Shown here: positions 1 to 10,419 of the stretch, piece after piece
How the letters are laid out: each line of letters opens with the position of its first letter
Numbering within the stretch: position 1 is the stretch's first letter
From: Mycoplasma mobile 163K
GTDB lineage: Bacteria > Bacillota_I > Bacilli_A > Mycoplasmatales > Metamycoplasmataceae
Direction: 5' to 3'
DNA length: 32,000 bases
Assembly: GCF_000008365.1 (NCBI RefSeq)
Contig: NC_006908.1
Location: 510,001 to 542,000 of the forward strand
Program-made: the position numbers and the translations under genes
Notes under the pieces: generated by a model
The model's input: only the letters and a program-made list of their open reading frames with translations
What the model was told of the DNA's origin: nothing
Database searches by the model: none

Positions 1-1085
1 CATCCTCTAATTCCAAATCCTGGTAAAATGACAACTCCATCAAATTTTCCAAGAGTTAATTCAATATTATCTTCTTTAATATTTTCACTACTTAATCAAG
101 TAAGCACTACTTTTACATTTTCATAAGTAGAAGAAACAAATAGAGCTTCTACAATTGATTTATAAGCATCTGGAAATTCTGTATATTTTCCTAACATTGC
201 CAATTTTATTTCTAAACCTTTTGGTTTATCGATTAAATTAACAAATTTTTCTCATTTTTCTAAATTAGGAATTGGATTTTCCATTTTAAAATGATCAAGA
301 ATAATTTTTGCGACATTTTGTGCTTCCAAATATAAAGGAATTTTATAAATTGAAGATGAATCTGGAATAGGGATAACATTTTCATATGAAAGTAAAGAAA
401 AAGTAGAAGCTTTTTCTCTTATGAAAGATGGTAGTTCTTTTTCACTTCTTAAAAAAAGCATGTTTGCATTAATTCCAAAACTTCTTAATTTTTCAAGTGA
501 AACTTGAGAAGGTTTTGTTTTTCATTCTTGTGAAGATTGCAAATAAATAATGTAAGAAACGTGAATAAAAAAAATGTCATCACGATTTTTTGCACCTAAT
601 TGTGCAATTGCATAAAAAAATGGATTTGATTCAATATCTCCGACAGTACCACCAATTTCGGTGATAATAAAATCAGGTTGATATTTATTTGCAGCATTTT
701 TTATAACTGCAATAATTTCATCAGTTACATGAGGAATTACTTGAACGGTTTTACCTAAAAATTCTCCTTCTCTTTCCCTTTGGATGATATTATTTAAGAT
801 ACTTCCTGAGGTATAGTTACTTTCTTTAGTGAATTTTGTATTAATAAATCTTTCATAATGCCCTAAATCTAAATCTGTTTCTCCACCATCTGAAGTAACA
901 AAAACTTCTCCATGCTCATAAGGTGACATTACACCCGGATCAACATTTAAATAAGGATCAAGTTTTTGAACAAAAATTGAAAATCCTCTTGCTTTTAAAA
1001 TATTACCTAAAGAAGCTGCTGAAACACCTTTTCCTAGTCCCGAAACCACTCCACCTGTTACAAAAATAAACTTTGTTTTTGACAT
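1..1085 (-). CDS. pyrG: CTP synthase (partial; C-terminal end lies beyond window start)
   Basis: Track ORFs 522-1097 and 252-461 and the open frame 1-251 share one frame and are joined by TGA codons. The N-terminus [66 protein letters not shown] is the CTP synthase synthetase domain. The sequence at the window edge reads ..[13 protein letters not shown], as in the glutamine amidotransferase domain. GGAGGA lies 4 nt upstream of the ATG at 1085, so MSKTK is preferred over the track start at 1097. Confidence 0.95.
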
Positions 1086-1481
1086 TTTTTCCTCCATTTT
1101 TACTTATGTTCTATATTATAAATTAAAAAAATAAATTAAAAAAGTATTTTCAATAATTAAAAAACAATTGAAAAAAGCTGCTTAAAAATCCATTAAATTA
1201 GTTTTTTCTTAGTTTTTAATTAACACTTTGATGTTGAATTGTAATAAATTACTTCTTAAGTTATAATATTTTTTGCATTAAGAATTTTTAGTCTTTTATG
1301 TATTTTAATTATGAATTTTTATAGTTAAAAACTTTAAATATTTTATGATTTTTAATTTTAATAATTATTCACAATATTTATTAAAATTAAAAAAATAGAT
1401 TAAAATTTATTTAAATAAATAAGTTATGAATCTTTAACCTCATTATTTCAATTTAAAAATAAAATAATTAAGAGAAAATCT

Positions 1482-1489
1482 TGTATAAT
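1482..1489 (+). promoter_or_regulatory. extended -10 box TGTATAAT directly upstream of the glycosyltransferase ATG
   Basis: TGTATAAT (TGnTATAAT class) ends 6 nt before the ATG at 1496. No purine-rich SD lies between them, which implies a leaderless or near-leaderless mRNA. Confidence 0.5.
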
Positions 1490-1495
1490 TTTTTA

Positions 1496-2413
1496 ATGGA
1501 AAAAAAATTAAGTGTTATTATTCCTTGTTATAATTGCGAAAAATTTATTGAAAAAGCAATAAATTCTATTTTTGAAGAAAATAAAAAAAACATTGACAAT
1601 ATGGAGGTTCTTATTGTAAATGATGGATCAAAAGATAATTCCGAAACTATACTTAACGAGTTGAAAGATAAATATCTAAATCTTAAAATTTATAAAAAAG
1701 AAAATGGAAATTGAGGAAGTGTTATTAATTTTGTAAAAAATAATAAATTAACAACAGGAAAATATTTATCTATTTTAGATGCTGATGATTGATATATAAA
1801 GGGTGCATTAGAAAAAATCTGACCTATTTTTGAAAAAAATTATGATTTAATTATAAGTGAATTTTCAAAATTAAAAAAGGGGAAACAAACAAGAAATAAT
1901 GTTGGATTTTTTAGAAAAACTGGGCGAATTTCTAAATATAGCGCACTTACTCCATGAAGTATGCCTTTAGGTAAGTTTGTTAGAAATGAAGTTTTTTACA
2001 AAACTGTTGAATTAAGGGAAAAAGTCAGTTTCCAAGATATGATTCTCTATAATGAAATTGTTTTTTTATCTGAAAAAATTTTCTTTTGGAATAAATCAGT
2101 TGGTGTGTGAAATTTGGAAAATGAAGGAAGTTCAACTAATTCACCATGAGATAAACAAAAAATTCAAGTTTTTATTGATAATTTTAATTACATTATTGGT
2201 AAATATAAAAATAAAGCGCACAATGGATATTGCTTGTATTATTATGTTAACTTAAAAAAATACTTAAAAATGTATGATTTTAGTATTGATCTTAAATGAA
2301 AAGATGTAAATTTATATTGATTAATGCCTATTATAAAATCTTTTTTTAAATTTTTTCTTTTCATTTATTTAAGAAAGCATTTTAAAAATAAAAATAATAA
2401 TAAAAGGTCTTAA
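1496..2413 (+). CDS. family-2 glycosyltransferase (GT-A fold), probably membrane-associated
   Basis: MEKKLSVIIPCYNCEKFIEKAINSI..LIVNDGSKDNS..KENGNWGSVINF..YLSILDADDW shows the typical GT2 N-terminal signature with a DxD motif (DADD). The frame runs through 8 in-frame TGA codons to TAA at 2411-2413 (305 aa). The C-terminus LMPIIKSFFKFFLFIYLRKHFKNK is hydrophobic and basic. Track ORF 2052-2255 is an out-of-frame artefact. Confidence 0.85.
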
Positions 2414-2466
2414 ACTCATAGTCATAAATAAGATACATTATTGCAATATATCATTAAAAATAAATT

Positions 2467-2493
2467 AAAAAAACTCATTTAATGAGTTTTTTT
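2467..2493. terminator. bidirectional rho-independent terminator between convergent GT2 and smc
   Basis: Perfect inverted repeat AAAAAAACTCATT / AATGAGTTTTTTT. The A-run on one side and T-run on the other give a U-tail on either strand. Confidence 0.6.
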
Positions 2494-2494
2494 C

Positions 2495-5419
2495 TTAATT
2501 TTTAATTAATTCTTTAGCTTTTTCTAATTCAACACCAAAGAATGTTGTAATTCCTCTTTTTTGCATTGTTGCTCCAAAAAGTTTATCCACTCTTGACATT
2601 GTCCCTTGACGGTGAGTTATAATAATGAATTGAGTTGTTTGTTTTAGTTGTTGTAAAAATTCTGCAAATCTTATTACATTTGTTTCATCTAAAGCTGCTT
2701 CTACTTCATCTAAAATACATAGTGGTAAAGGCTTAGCTTTTAAAATAGCAAATAGTAATGAAATTGCAATTAATGATTTTTCCCCACCTGAAAATAGTTT
2801 TAAATTCTTAATACTTTTTCCAGGGGGTTGAGCTATAATATCAATTCCTGATTCTAAAATATCATTTGGATTTTCATATTCAATTTCGGCATTCCCTCCA
2901 CCAAACATGATTTGGAAAACTTTATTAAATTCGACATTAACTAAATTTACTGTTGATCTCATTCTACTAATAATAATTTTATCCATTTCACTAATAGCAT
3001 TAATAATTGTTGCATGAGCATTTAATAGTTCTTCTTCTGAAGATTTTAAAGTATTATATCTTGTATTTACTTCTTCATATGATTCTATTGCATCTAAATT
3101 AATATTACCTAAAGCTTTAATTTCAGTCTGTAGAGTTTTAACTATTTCTCTTGCTTCTTCAATAGGTATTTCTAAAACATGAGTTTGTCTTGCGATTTCA
3201 AGAGTCATTTCATAATGTTCACCAAGTCTTTTTTGTAATGAAGAAATTAAAATCTCAAATTTATTTTTTTCATTTTCAGAAGCTGAATGAGTAGATTCGA
3301 AATTTCTTAATTGTTTTTCCTGATCAAATTTTTTAGTATTTAAATAACTAATTTCTTTAATTAAAGATTCGTTTTGTTCTCTTTTTGCATTAGCCTCAGC
3401 AAAAAGATTTGATTTTTCATATTTTAATTCTTCAATTGTATCTTTGTAATTAATTGTTGATTCTAAATCAATTTTCTTATTTGTAGTACTTTCATATTGA
3501 GTTTTTAATTTTTCAAAGGCATCTCTTAAATAAAATAATTGTTCTTTTGATTTTATTAAATTACGATTGTATTCTTGAATTAAATTAAAATCAATGTTTT
3601 TATCTTGTTCTAATTCTGCTAGAGCACGATTTTTTTCATTAACGGCATTTTGTAGTTGTGGTAATAAAGATTTTAAAACTTCTAATTGATTATCTAAACC
3701 TAATAAATTATTAGAATTTTCTTTTTCCCCTCCACTTAAAATTCCACCAACTCTAATTATGTCGCCATCTAAGGTTACAATCATATAACTATTTTCTAGA
3801 ACTTTACTCATTTTATTAGCAGCATTAATATCAGTTGCTACAATAATGTTTCCTAATAAAAAGTTTTTTAAAATGTCATATTTAGGATCGATTTTCACTA
3901 AATTTTCTGCAATATCTATAAATCCATCTAATGAAGGAAGCACATATAAATGATTTTCTCTAATTTTTTTAGGTTGTAATTTGTTAAGAGGAATAAATGT
4001 TGCTCTTCCACTATTATTTTTTTTCAAAAATTCAATTGCTTTAACAGCTACTTCTGATTTTGTAACAACTAAATGTTGTAAGGCGTTTTGCAAAACTGCT
4101 TCAATTGCTGGAACGTATTCATTATCAACTTCAATCAATTGAGTAACAGTTCCTACTAATCCATCAAAAACAGAAGCATTTTCTAAAATTGTTTTTGTAC
4201 CTTTGAATAAATTTGTTTTATTTTTTTGATAATCTAATAAAATTTCTATTTGTGTTTTTGTTTTATTATATTTTGCTTGAGTATTTGTTGATTCAACTCT
4301 TAATTTACCGATTTCAAGTTCTAAATTTGATTGAACTTCTTTTTTTTCTGAAATATCTTTAGTTAATTTAGTTTCAAGAGAATTAAGATGCATTATTTTT
4401 GAATTAAGAGCTTCTAATTGTTGTTTCATTGCTTCATTTTTTTCGCTACTTGAAGCATTTATTTGCCCACTAATCAATAATTCACGACGTTGCTCTTCTT
4501 TTTGCTGAGAAATTTCTAATTCTTGTAATTTTTCATTTAAAGAATTAATTTTTTGATCTATTTTTGACAATTCTGTTTCAAAATTAGAACGATAAGAATT
4601 TTTAACTTTTAACTCATTTTCAATTTTTTCTAATTCTGATTTAAGATCTTCTCTTGCTTCACTTGTTTGATTCAAACTTGTAGAAATTGAATCTAATTTA
4701 TTTGTAAATAAAACTAAATCTTCTACAATTAAAGCTACTTCAACACTTTTTAATTCTTTTGATTTTTCTAAATAAGTTTTTGCATTTTTTGCTTGCTTTT
4801 CTAAAGGTATTAATTGCTTGTTCAATTCTAAAACAACGGTTTTAACTTTGTCAAGCGCTTCTTTAGTTTTTTCTAATTTTCTTAAAGCTTCTTCTTTTCT
4901 AAGTTTGTATTTTGAGGTTCCTGCTGCTTCTTCAAAAATTTTTCTTCTTTCTTCAGGTGAAGCTTGGGCAATTTCGCTAATTGTTCCTTGACTAATGATT
5001 GCTAAAGACGACTTTGACATTCCTGATTCAACTGCAATATCTTTAATATCTTTATGTCTTGCTATTTCTCCATTAACAAAGTATAAATTATTACCCTTAC
5101 CTCTTTCGACAACTCTTGAAATAGTTATGGTTTTATCAAATTGTTTTAAAGAATAATCAGAATTATCAAAAGTTAATGTTACTTCTGCTTTATCTTGGGC
5201 TTCAGCTGTTTTTGATCCTGCAAAAATAACATCTTCCATATTATCTCCACGAAGAGCTTTAAAAGATTGCTCTCCTAAAACTCATCTAATAGCATCATTA
5301 ATGTTACTTTTACCTGAACCATTTGGGCCAACAATTCCAACAATTCCTCCATCGAAATTTAATGTTATTCCATCTGCGAATGATTTAAATCCTTTTGCTT
5401 CAATTTTAATTAATTTCAT
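2495..5419 (-). CDS. smc: chromosome segregation/condensation ATPase SMC
   Basis: The 914-aa track ORF extends upstream in frame across one TGA to the ATG at 5419 (974 aa). The N-terminus is MKLIKIEAKGFKSFADGITLNFDGGIVGIVGPNGSGKSNINDAIRW(TGA)VLGEQS, with a Walker A motif. It has long coiled-coil arms, a hinge (..GFIDIAENLVKIDPKY..), and a C-terminal signature LSGGEKSLIAISLLFAILKAKPLPLCILDEVEAALD. AGGAG SD lies upstream. Confidence 0.95.
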
Positions 5420-5428
5420 AGTATTAAT

Positions 5429-6169
5429 TTACTCCTTTTTTTCTGCTTTTATTGCTTTTTTAATTGTTTGTTTTGAAGGTGCCTTTAATGTTTCTAATGC
5501 CCTAGTTGCCGCTTCTTCTTCTGCTACTTTTTTTGTTTTTCCAAATCCAACACCATATGTAATTCCATTATGCATCAACTCTGCTTTAAATAATTCTGAT
5601 CTAAGTTCATTTTCTAATTGAGTGATTTTGTACTCGATTATTTCATTGCTATAAGATTGAATATACTCTTGAAAGCTACTTTTTGGATCTTTTATTGATT
5701 CTAAATTTGTAGTAGAAATATATGGGTAAAAAATTTCTTTCAAGAATTCTTCAAGTTTTTCATCTCCTAAATCTAAATAAATAGCAGCAACAAACGATTC
5801 AAACAAATCAGCATTTATTTTAACATTTTCTCTTAAGTGTTCAGAGCCTTTAGAAATCAACAATAATTTTGATAAACCTAATTTTTTTGAAAGTTCTGAT
5901 AAACCTGAAGAACATACATTTTTTGCCCTGATTAAAGAAGCTTCTCCTTCTGTAATATTTTGAAAATGTTGGAAAATAAATATTGAGCTTTTCATTTGTA
6001 AAATTGCATCTCCTATGAATTCTAAAATATCATAACTTTCAATATTTGCATGTTCATTAGCATAAGTTTTATGAGTTAAAGCTTGAATATAGTATTTGAT
6101 ATCTTTAAATATTATATTATTTAAGGTTAAAAAATTCTCAAGTCCTTCTATTTTTGTTTTTTTATTCAT
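5429..6169 (-). CDS. rnc: ribonuclease III
   Basis: The RNase III signature region reads ..ALTHKTYANE..NIESYDILEFIGDAILQ.. It has a C-terminal dsRBD-like end (..GVGFGKTKKVAEEEAATRALETL). Its position between plsX and smc matches Firmicutes. Confidence 0.93.
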   Translation of the reverse strand: MNKKTKIEGLENFLTLNNIIFKDIKYYIQALTHKTYANEHANIESYDILEFIGDAILQMKSSIFIFQHFQNITEGEASLIRAKNVCSSGLSELSKKLGLSKLLLISKGSEHLRENVKINADLFESFVAAIYLDLGDEKLEEFLKEIFYPYISTTNLESIKDPKSSFQEYIQSYSNEIIEYKITQLENELRSELFKAELMHNGITYGVGFGKTKKVAEEEAATRALETLKAPSKQTIKKAIKAEKKE

Positions 6170-6193
6170 TTGATTACTTTCAATAAATTTTAA

Positions 6194-7177
6194 TTATAAA
6201 ATTTCCTTAAAATTTTCGATTACATTATTTTCCACAGCAATTTTAATTTGATTAAATGCTCCTTTGAAAGCTTTTTCATCACTTGAACCATGGGCTTTAA
6301 CAGCTATACTATTAACACCAATTACTCAAGCTCCTCCAACATTTCTATAATCTAAATGTTCTTTAATTTCTTTAAAAGATTTTTTCAAAATAAGTGCTCC
6401 TATTTTTCTAAAAAAAGTTGAAGTTATTTTTCTTTTTATTAAAGAAGAAAAATCAATAACAGTTCCTTCAAGAGATTTTAAAACTAAATTACCACCATAA
6501 CCATCAGCAACAATTACATCAAAATTTCCCTTTAAAATATCTCTTGGCTCAACAAAGCCTTTGTAGTTCATTTCAGAAAGATTTGCTTCTTTTAAAATTT
6601 GATTTGCTTCTTGATGGTATTTAAAACCTTTAAAATCTTCTGTACCAATATTTAAAATTCCAACATTTGGTTTATCAATATTTCACATAATTTTTGCAAA
6701 AACAGATCCTAATTTAGCTCATTGAACTAAATATTCAGTATCAACTTCAATATTAGCCCCAACATCTAATAAAACAAATTTTTTATCATCAAGAATCGTT
6801 GGAAAAATTGGCATAAATGCTGGTCTTGTAATTCCTTCTAATCTTTTTAACTTAATTACACAAAGTGCCAAATAAGAAGCGCTATCACCTGCAGATAAAA
6901 CAACTTCTGCTTTGTTATCTTTTACCAAATCAATAGCAACGCTCATTGATGTTGTTTTTGATAAAACAGCCTTTAAATTTTCTCCCTTTTTAACTTCTAA
7001 AGGTTCATCATAAATTTCAATTCTTTCATTTTCGGAAACATATTTTGTAATTAAAGTTTTATCTCCAACAAGAATTATTTTATAATCTAAGTTTTTTTTA
7101 ACAAAATTAATAGAAGCCAAAACTGCAGGTCCTACTCCTTTATCGCTACCCATTACATCAAAAGCAATTATTTTCAT
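6194..7177 (-). CDS. plsX: phosphate acyltransferase PlsX
   Basis: [60 protein letters not shown](TGA)AKLG. Track ORFs 6719-7177 and 6326-6571 and the tail to TAA at 6194-6196 are one frame joined by TGA codons (327 aa). Confidence 0.92.
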
Positions 7178-8806
7178 TTATTCCTCCACACTTATATAGA
7201 AATGATACAATGGTTGTCCACCATATTCTACTTTTGATTCAATATCATATTTTGATTCAACATAATTTTTCAAATCTTTTGCATCAATTTCAGAAACTTC
7301 AGCACCATAATAAATAGTTGCAATTTCTGCATCTTCAGAAATTATTTTATCAATTACTTTTTTTGCTGTTTTTATCAATGATTTATTACTTATTACAACT
7401 TTTCTATTTGCAAGTCCAATAAATTCACCTTTAGTAACTTTAACATCATTAATTTTTGTGGTTTTGACAGCTATTGTAACTTCTCCTGTTTTTGTAGAGT
7501 CAATTGCATCTTCCATTTCTTCTTTATTATCTTCAAAATCTAATTCTTTATTGAAATTAAAAATTGCTGAAATACCTTCCATTTGTGTTTTTGTCGGAAC
7601 TACATAAACATTTTTATCAGTAACAATTTGAGCTGCTTGCTGAGCTGCTAAAATAATATTTGAATTATTAGGCAAAATAAAAATATTATCACTATTAACT
7701 TGTTTAATAGCTTCGATGAAATCTCCTGCACTTGGATTTGAACTTTGACCTGCTTCAATGATAAAATCACAACCATTTTCTTTCATGATATGAATAAGCC
7801 CTTGACCTGTATTGCATGAAATTAAACCGGAAGGATTTTTTACTAATGAAGAATTTGCAATTTGATGTTGTTTTTGATTTTCTCTATTTTCCTTTGTTTG
7901 TTCAGTCATATTTTCAGATTTTAATTTTAAAAACTCACCATATTTTTGAGCATAATTAAAAACTTTTCCGGGTTTTAATGTATGGATATGAACTTTAACA
8001 AGTGCTTCATTTTGAACAACTACTAAAGAAGTACCTAATTTTTCTATATGGGAAATAAAATTTTCTTTATTAAATTTTTTTGTTTTTTCTAAATCTAGAA
8101 GAAATTCAGTACAATATCCAAATTCTCCATCAAAAATTTCAGTATTACTAATAAAAGCTTCAATATTTGGATCTACTGGAACATCTAAAAAACTTACGGG
8201 ATTTCCTTCTAAATATTTTAACATTCCTTCAATTACCAAAACTAGACCTTCGCCACCTGAATCATTTACTCCTACTTCTTTTAAAATTGGTAATAAATTA
8301 GGTGTGTTATCACAACTTTTTCTCGCGTTTTTATAAGCTAAAGCAATAATTTCTTTGTTATTCATAGCGGGGGTCACATGTTTTGTTAAAGCTTCAGAAA
8401 CATCTTTAATAACAGTTAAAATAGTACCTTCTACAGGATTTAAAACTGATTTGTAAGCATATTCTTTTGCCTTTTCAAAACCTGCCACAAGTTCAAAGGC
8501 ATTAATTTCTATTTTGTTCTCAAAGCTTTTTGCAAATCCTTGAAAAATTTGTGAAAGAATTACCCCAGAATTTCCTCTTGCTCCTAAAAGCATTCCTCTT
8601 GCAATTTTTTTAGATACTTCACCAATTGTAGATTCATTCCCCAAATCTTTAACACCACTTTTAATAGTGTTGGACATATTGGAACCAGTATCTCCATCAG
8701 GAACAGGGAAAACATTTAATGAATCAATTCAATTTTTTTTGTTTATTAAATTATTAGCCCCTGACACAAGTGCTTTGCTTCAAATTTCGCTTGTGATTTT
8801 TTCCAT
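7178..8806 (-). CDS. fakA: DAK2-domain protein, YloV/FakA-like (fatty acid kinase ATP-binding subunit family)
   Basis: The track ORF extends upstream across 2 TGA codons to the ATG at 8806. The N-terminus is MEKITSEIWSKALVSGANNLINKKNWIDSLNVFPVPDGDTGSNM..ARGNSGVILSQIF, a DhaL/Dak2 motif. Length is 542 aa. The stop abuts the plsX start (TAAATG), and the start overlaps the Asp23-like stop (TAATG). Confidence 0.8.
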
Positions 8807-9111
8807 TACTTAACTCCTTGTACGAAAATATCAAGAGATTCAAGTTTTAAATTTTCGTTTTTTAAAGTATTGATAATCTCTTCTCTGATTTGATTTACTA
8901 TAATTTTAGTTCTTGCATTTAAAAGTAAAATAACACCCATTTTCAATCTTAAACCTTTTGCACCTTCATTGATTATAAATGCATTTGGAAGGTGTTCAAC
9001 TTCTAAATAATTTATTTCCCGTTTATCATCAAATAAACTTGCAAAATTTTGAAAACCTGGAACGGATGCTATTGTTTTTGCAAGTTTGCTAATGATTTTT
9101 GGATAATCCAT
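8806..9111 (-). CDS. Asp23/Gls24-family (YloU-like) small protein
   Basis: 101-aa protein lying directly upstream of and translationally coupled to the YloV-like gene, and divergent from rpmB. This is the same arrangement as rpmB / yloU-yloV in Bacillus. Its size and the ..KGLRLKMGVILLLNARTKIIVNQIREEI.. pattern fit Asp23-family proteins. Confidence 0.7.
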   Translation of the reverse strand: MDYPKIISKLAKTIASVPGFQNFASLFDDKREINYLEVEHLPNAFIINEGAKGLRLKMGVILLLNARTKIIVNQIREEIINTLKNENLKLESLDIFVQGVK

Positions 9112-9258
9112 TTGTCCTCTTTTTATTTAAAATAAATTTTATTAATTAATACTCTAAATTATACCAAAAAAATTTTTAAAAGTTATTTGAAAATTTATGA
9201 TTTTAATGTAAAATGATATTTATTATAAATGCATATAAATATAAAAGAGGAGGCTCAA

Positions 9259-9456
9259 ATGGCAAGAAGAGATGATTTAACAAATAAAGGCCCAATGAGT
9301 GGTAACAAACGCTCACATGCTTTAAATGCAACTAAAAGAAAATTCAATTTAAATTTACAAAAAATTTTAGTAACTCTTGAAAATGGATCTAAAGTAAAAA
9401 TTAAAGTTAGTGCAAAAACTGCAAAAACACTTAAAAAACAAGGTTTTGTTGCTTAA
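9259..9456 (+). CDS. rpmB: 50S ribosomal protein L28
   Basis: [35 protein letters not shown].. is a typical L28. A strong SD (AGAGGAGG) lies 5 nt upstream of the ATG at 9259. The track start at 9229 is upstream of the SD and was rejected. Confidence 0.95.
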   Translation: MARRDDLTNKGPMSGNKRSHALNATKRKFNLNLQKILVTLENGSKVKIKVSAKTAKTLKKQGFVA

Positions 9457-9488
9457 AAATATTAGAGGAATCATTCCTCTAATATTTT
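9456..9488. terminator. rho-independent terminator after rpmB (also faces the convergent membrane-protein gene)
   Basis: 15-bp perfect stem AAAATATTAGAGGAA / TTCCTCTAATATTTT with a TCA loop, followed by T-rich sequence. Confidence 0.65.
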
Positions 9489-9510
9489 TATTAAATTAAC
9501 AACAAAATAT

Positions 9511-10317
9511 TTATAACTCAAAAAATCTTCCGCTTGCTAATACAATTGCATTTAAGGATAGAGAAACTAAATAAATAGTTAGAAATTGAATTCAAAAAGC
9601 AATTAAAGTTTTTGCTAAATTTTGTCATTTAAAAACATTAAAAATTCCTTGTAAAATTAAGAATGCAACTGATACAGTTAAAGCAAAAAGATAAAAATTA
9701 AATTTACTTGAAATTAGTAAAAGAATAAATATTATTGTAAGAGTAATTAAAACTTTATCAATGACTTCTAACCCATAAGTAATCACATCTAAATAACCTA
9801 TAAAACCTAATGAAACAACAAAGAAAAATTGAAAAATTATTTCTTTAATTGTATGTTTGCCAAAACTTAAGTGTTCTGTTTCGATTATTTTTCTTATTTC
9901 TATTTTGAAATTAGAATTAATTTTATCTCCAATAAAATTATAAAATGCATAAAACACAGCAATAAATAAAAGTGAACCAAGTAAAGCGCCAATCAATTGA
10001 AACCCAACAACATAAGGAATGGAAACAAATGTATTTTTGATAAAAGAAATTAAAATTACTGCTAAAGGAGTTACAATTCCAGCTGCTTGACCAAGTCCAT
10101 TAATAAAACCTCCTATTACTCATGCCATAATTATTGCAATAAAAAAAGAAATTGTAAAACCTAGAGAAAAAAGAATAAAACTATATTTTTTACTAAAAAA
10201 ATGAGCAACAAAATATCTTGTCATTAAAACTAAAAAAATCAAAGTTGTTGAACCGATCATTTCACTAATTGCAGTTCCTAAATTTCAGCTTGTTAAAACA
10301 ACTTGATTGATATTCAT
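9511..10317 (-). CDS. multi-pass integral membrane protein, function unknown (weak MIP/aquaporin-like pattern without NPA boxes)
   Basis: Track ORF 9625-9996 extends in frame across several TGA codons, upstream to the ATG at 10317 and downstream to TAA at 9511-9513 (268 aa). The protein is hydrophobic throughout, with at least 6 predicted helices by eye. See the findings for the MIP-like resemblance. Confidence 0.6.
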
Positions 10318-10419
10318 TAAATTATTTTAACATAATCCAGTAACTCAATTTTATTTTTTTCTAATAGAGCAATTTAAAGGTTAAAATTATTGTAAATAAT
10401 AAATTTAATGAGGTTAACT

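Noticed and set aside
1481-1495. Longer N-terminal extensions proposed by the track (TTG 1481, ATG 1097, ATG 9229, ATG 10408, ATG 13398, ATG 25289)
   Set aside because: In each case a downstream ATG gives the canonical family N-terminus. That ATG is also better placed relative to an SD (pyrG, rpmB, M23) or a -10 box (GT2, glf). The extensions add non-conserved residues.
2052-2255. 67-aa plus-strand track ORF
   Set aside because: It is out of frame within the GT2 gene 1496-2413, which is continuous once TGA is read as Trp.
5301-5621. 106-aa plus-strand track ORF overlapping the smc 5' end and the rnc 3' end
   Set aside because: It is antisense to two strongly supported conserved genes. It has low-complexity composition, no SD, and no recognisable motif. 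This is a typical shadow ORF in AT-rich DNA.
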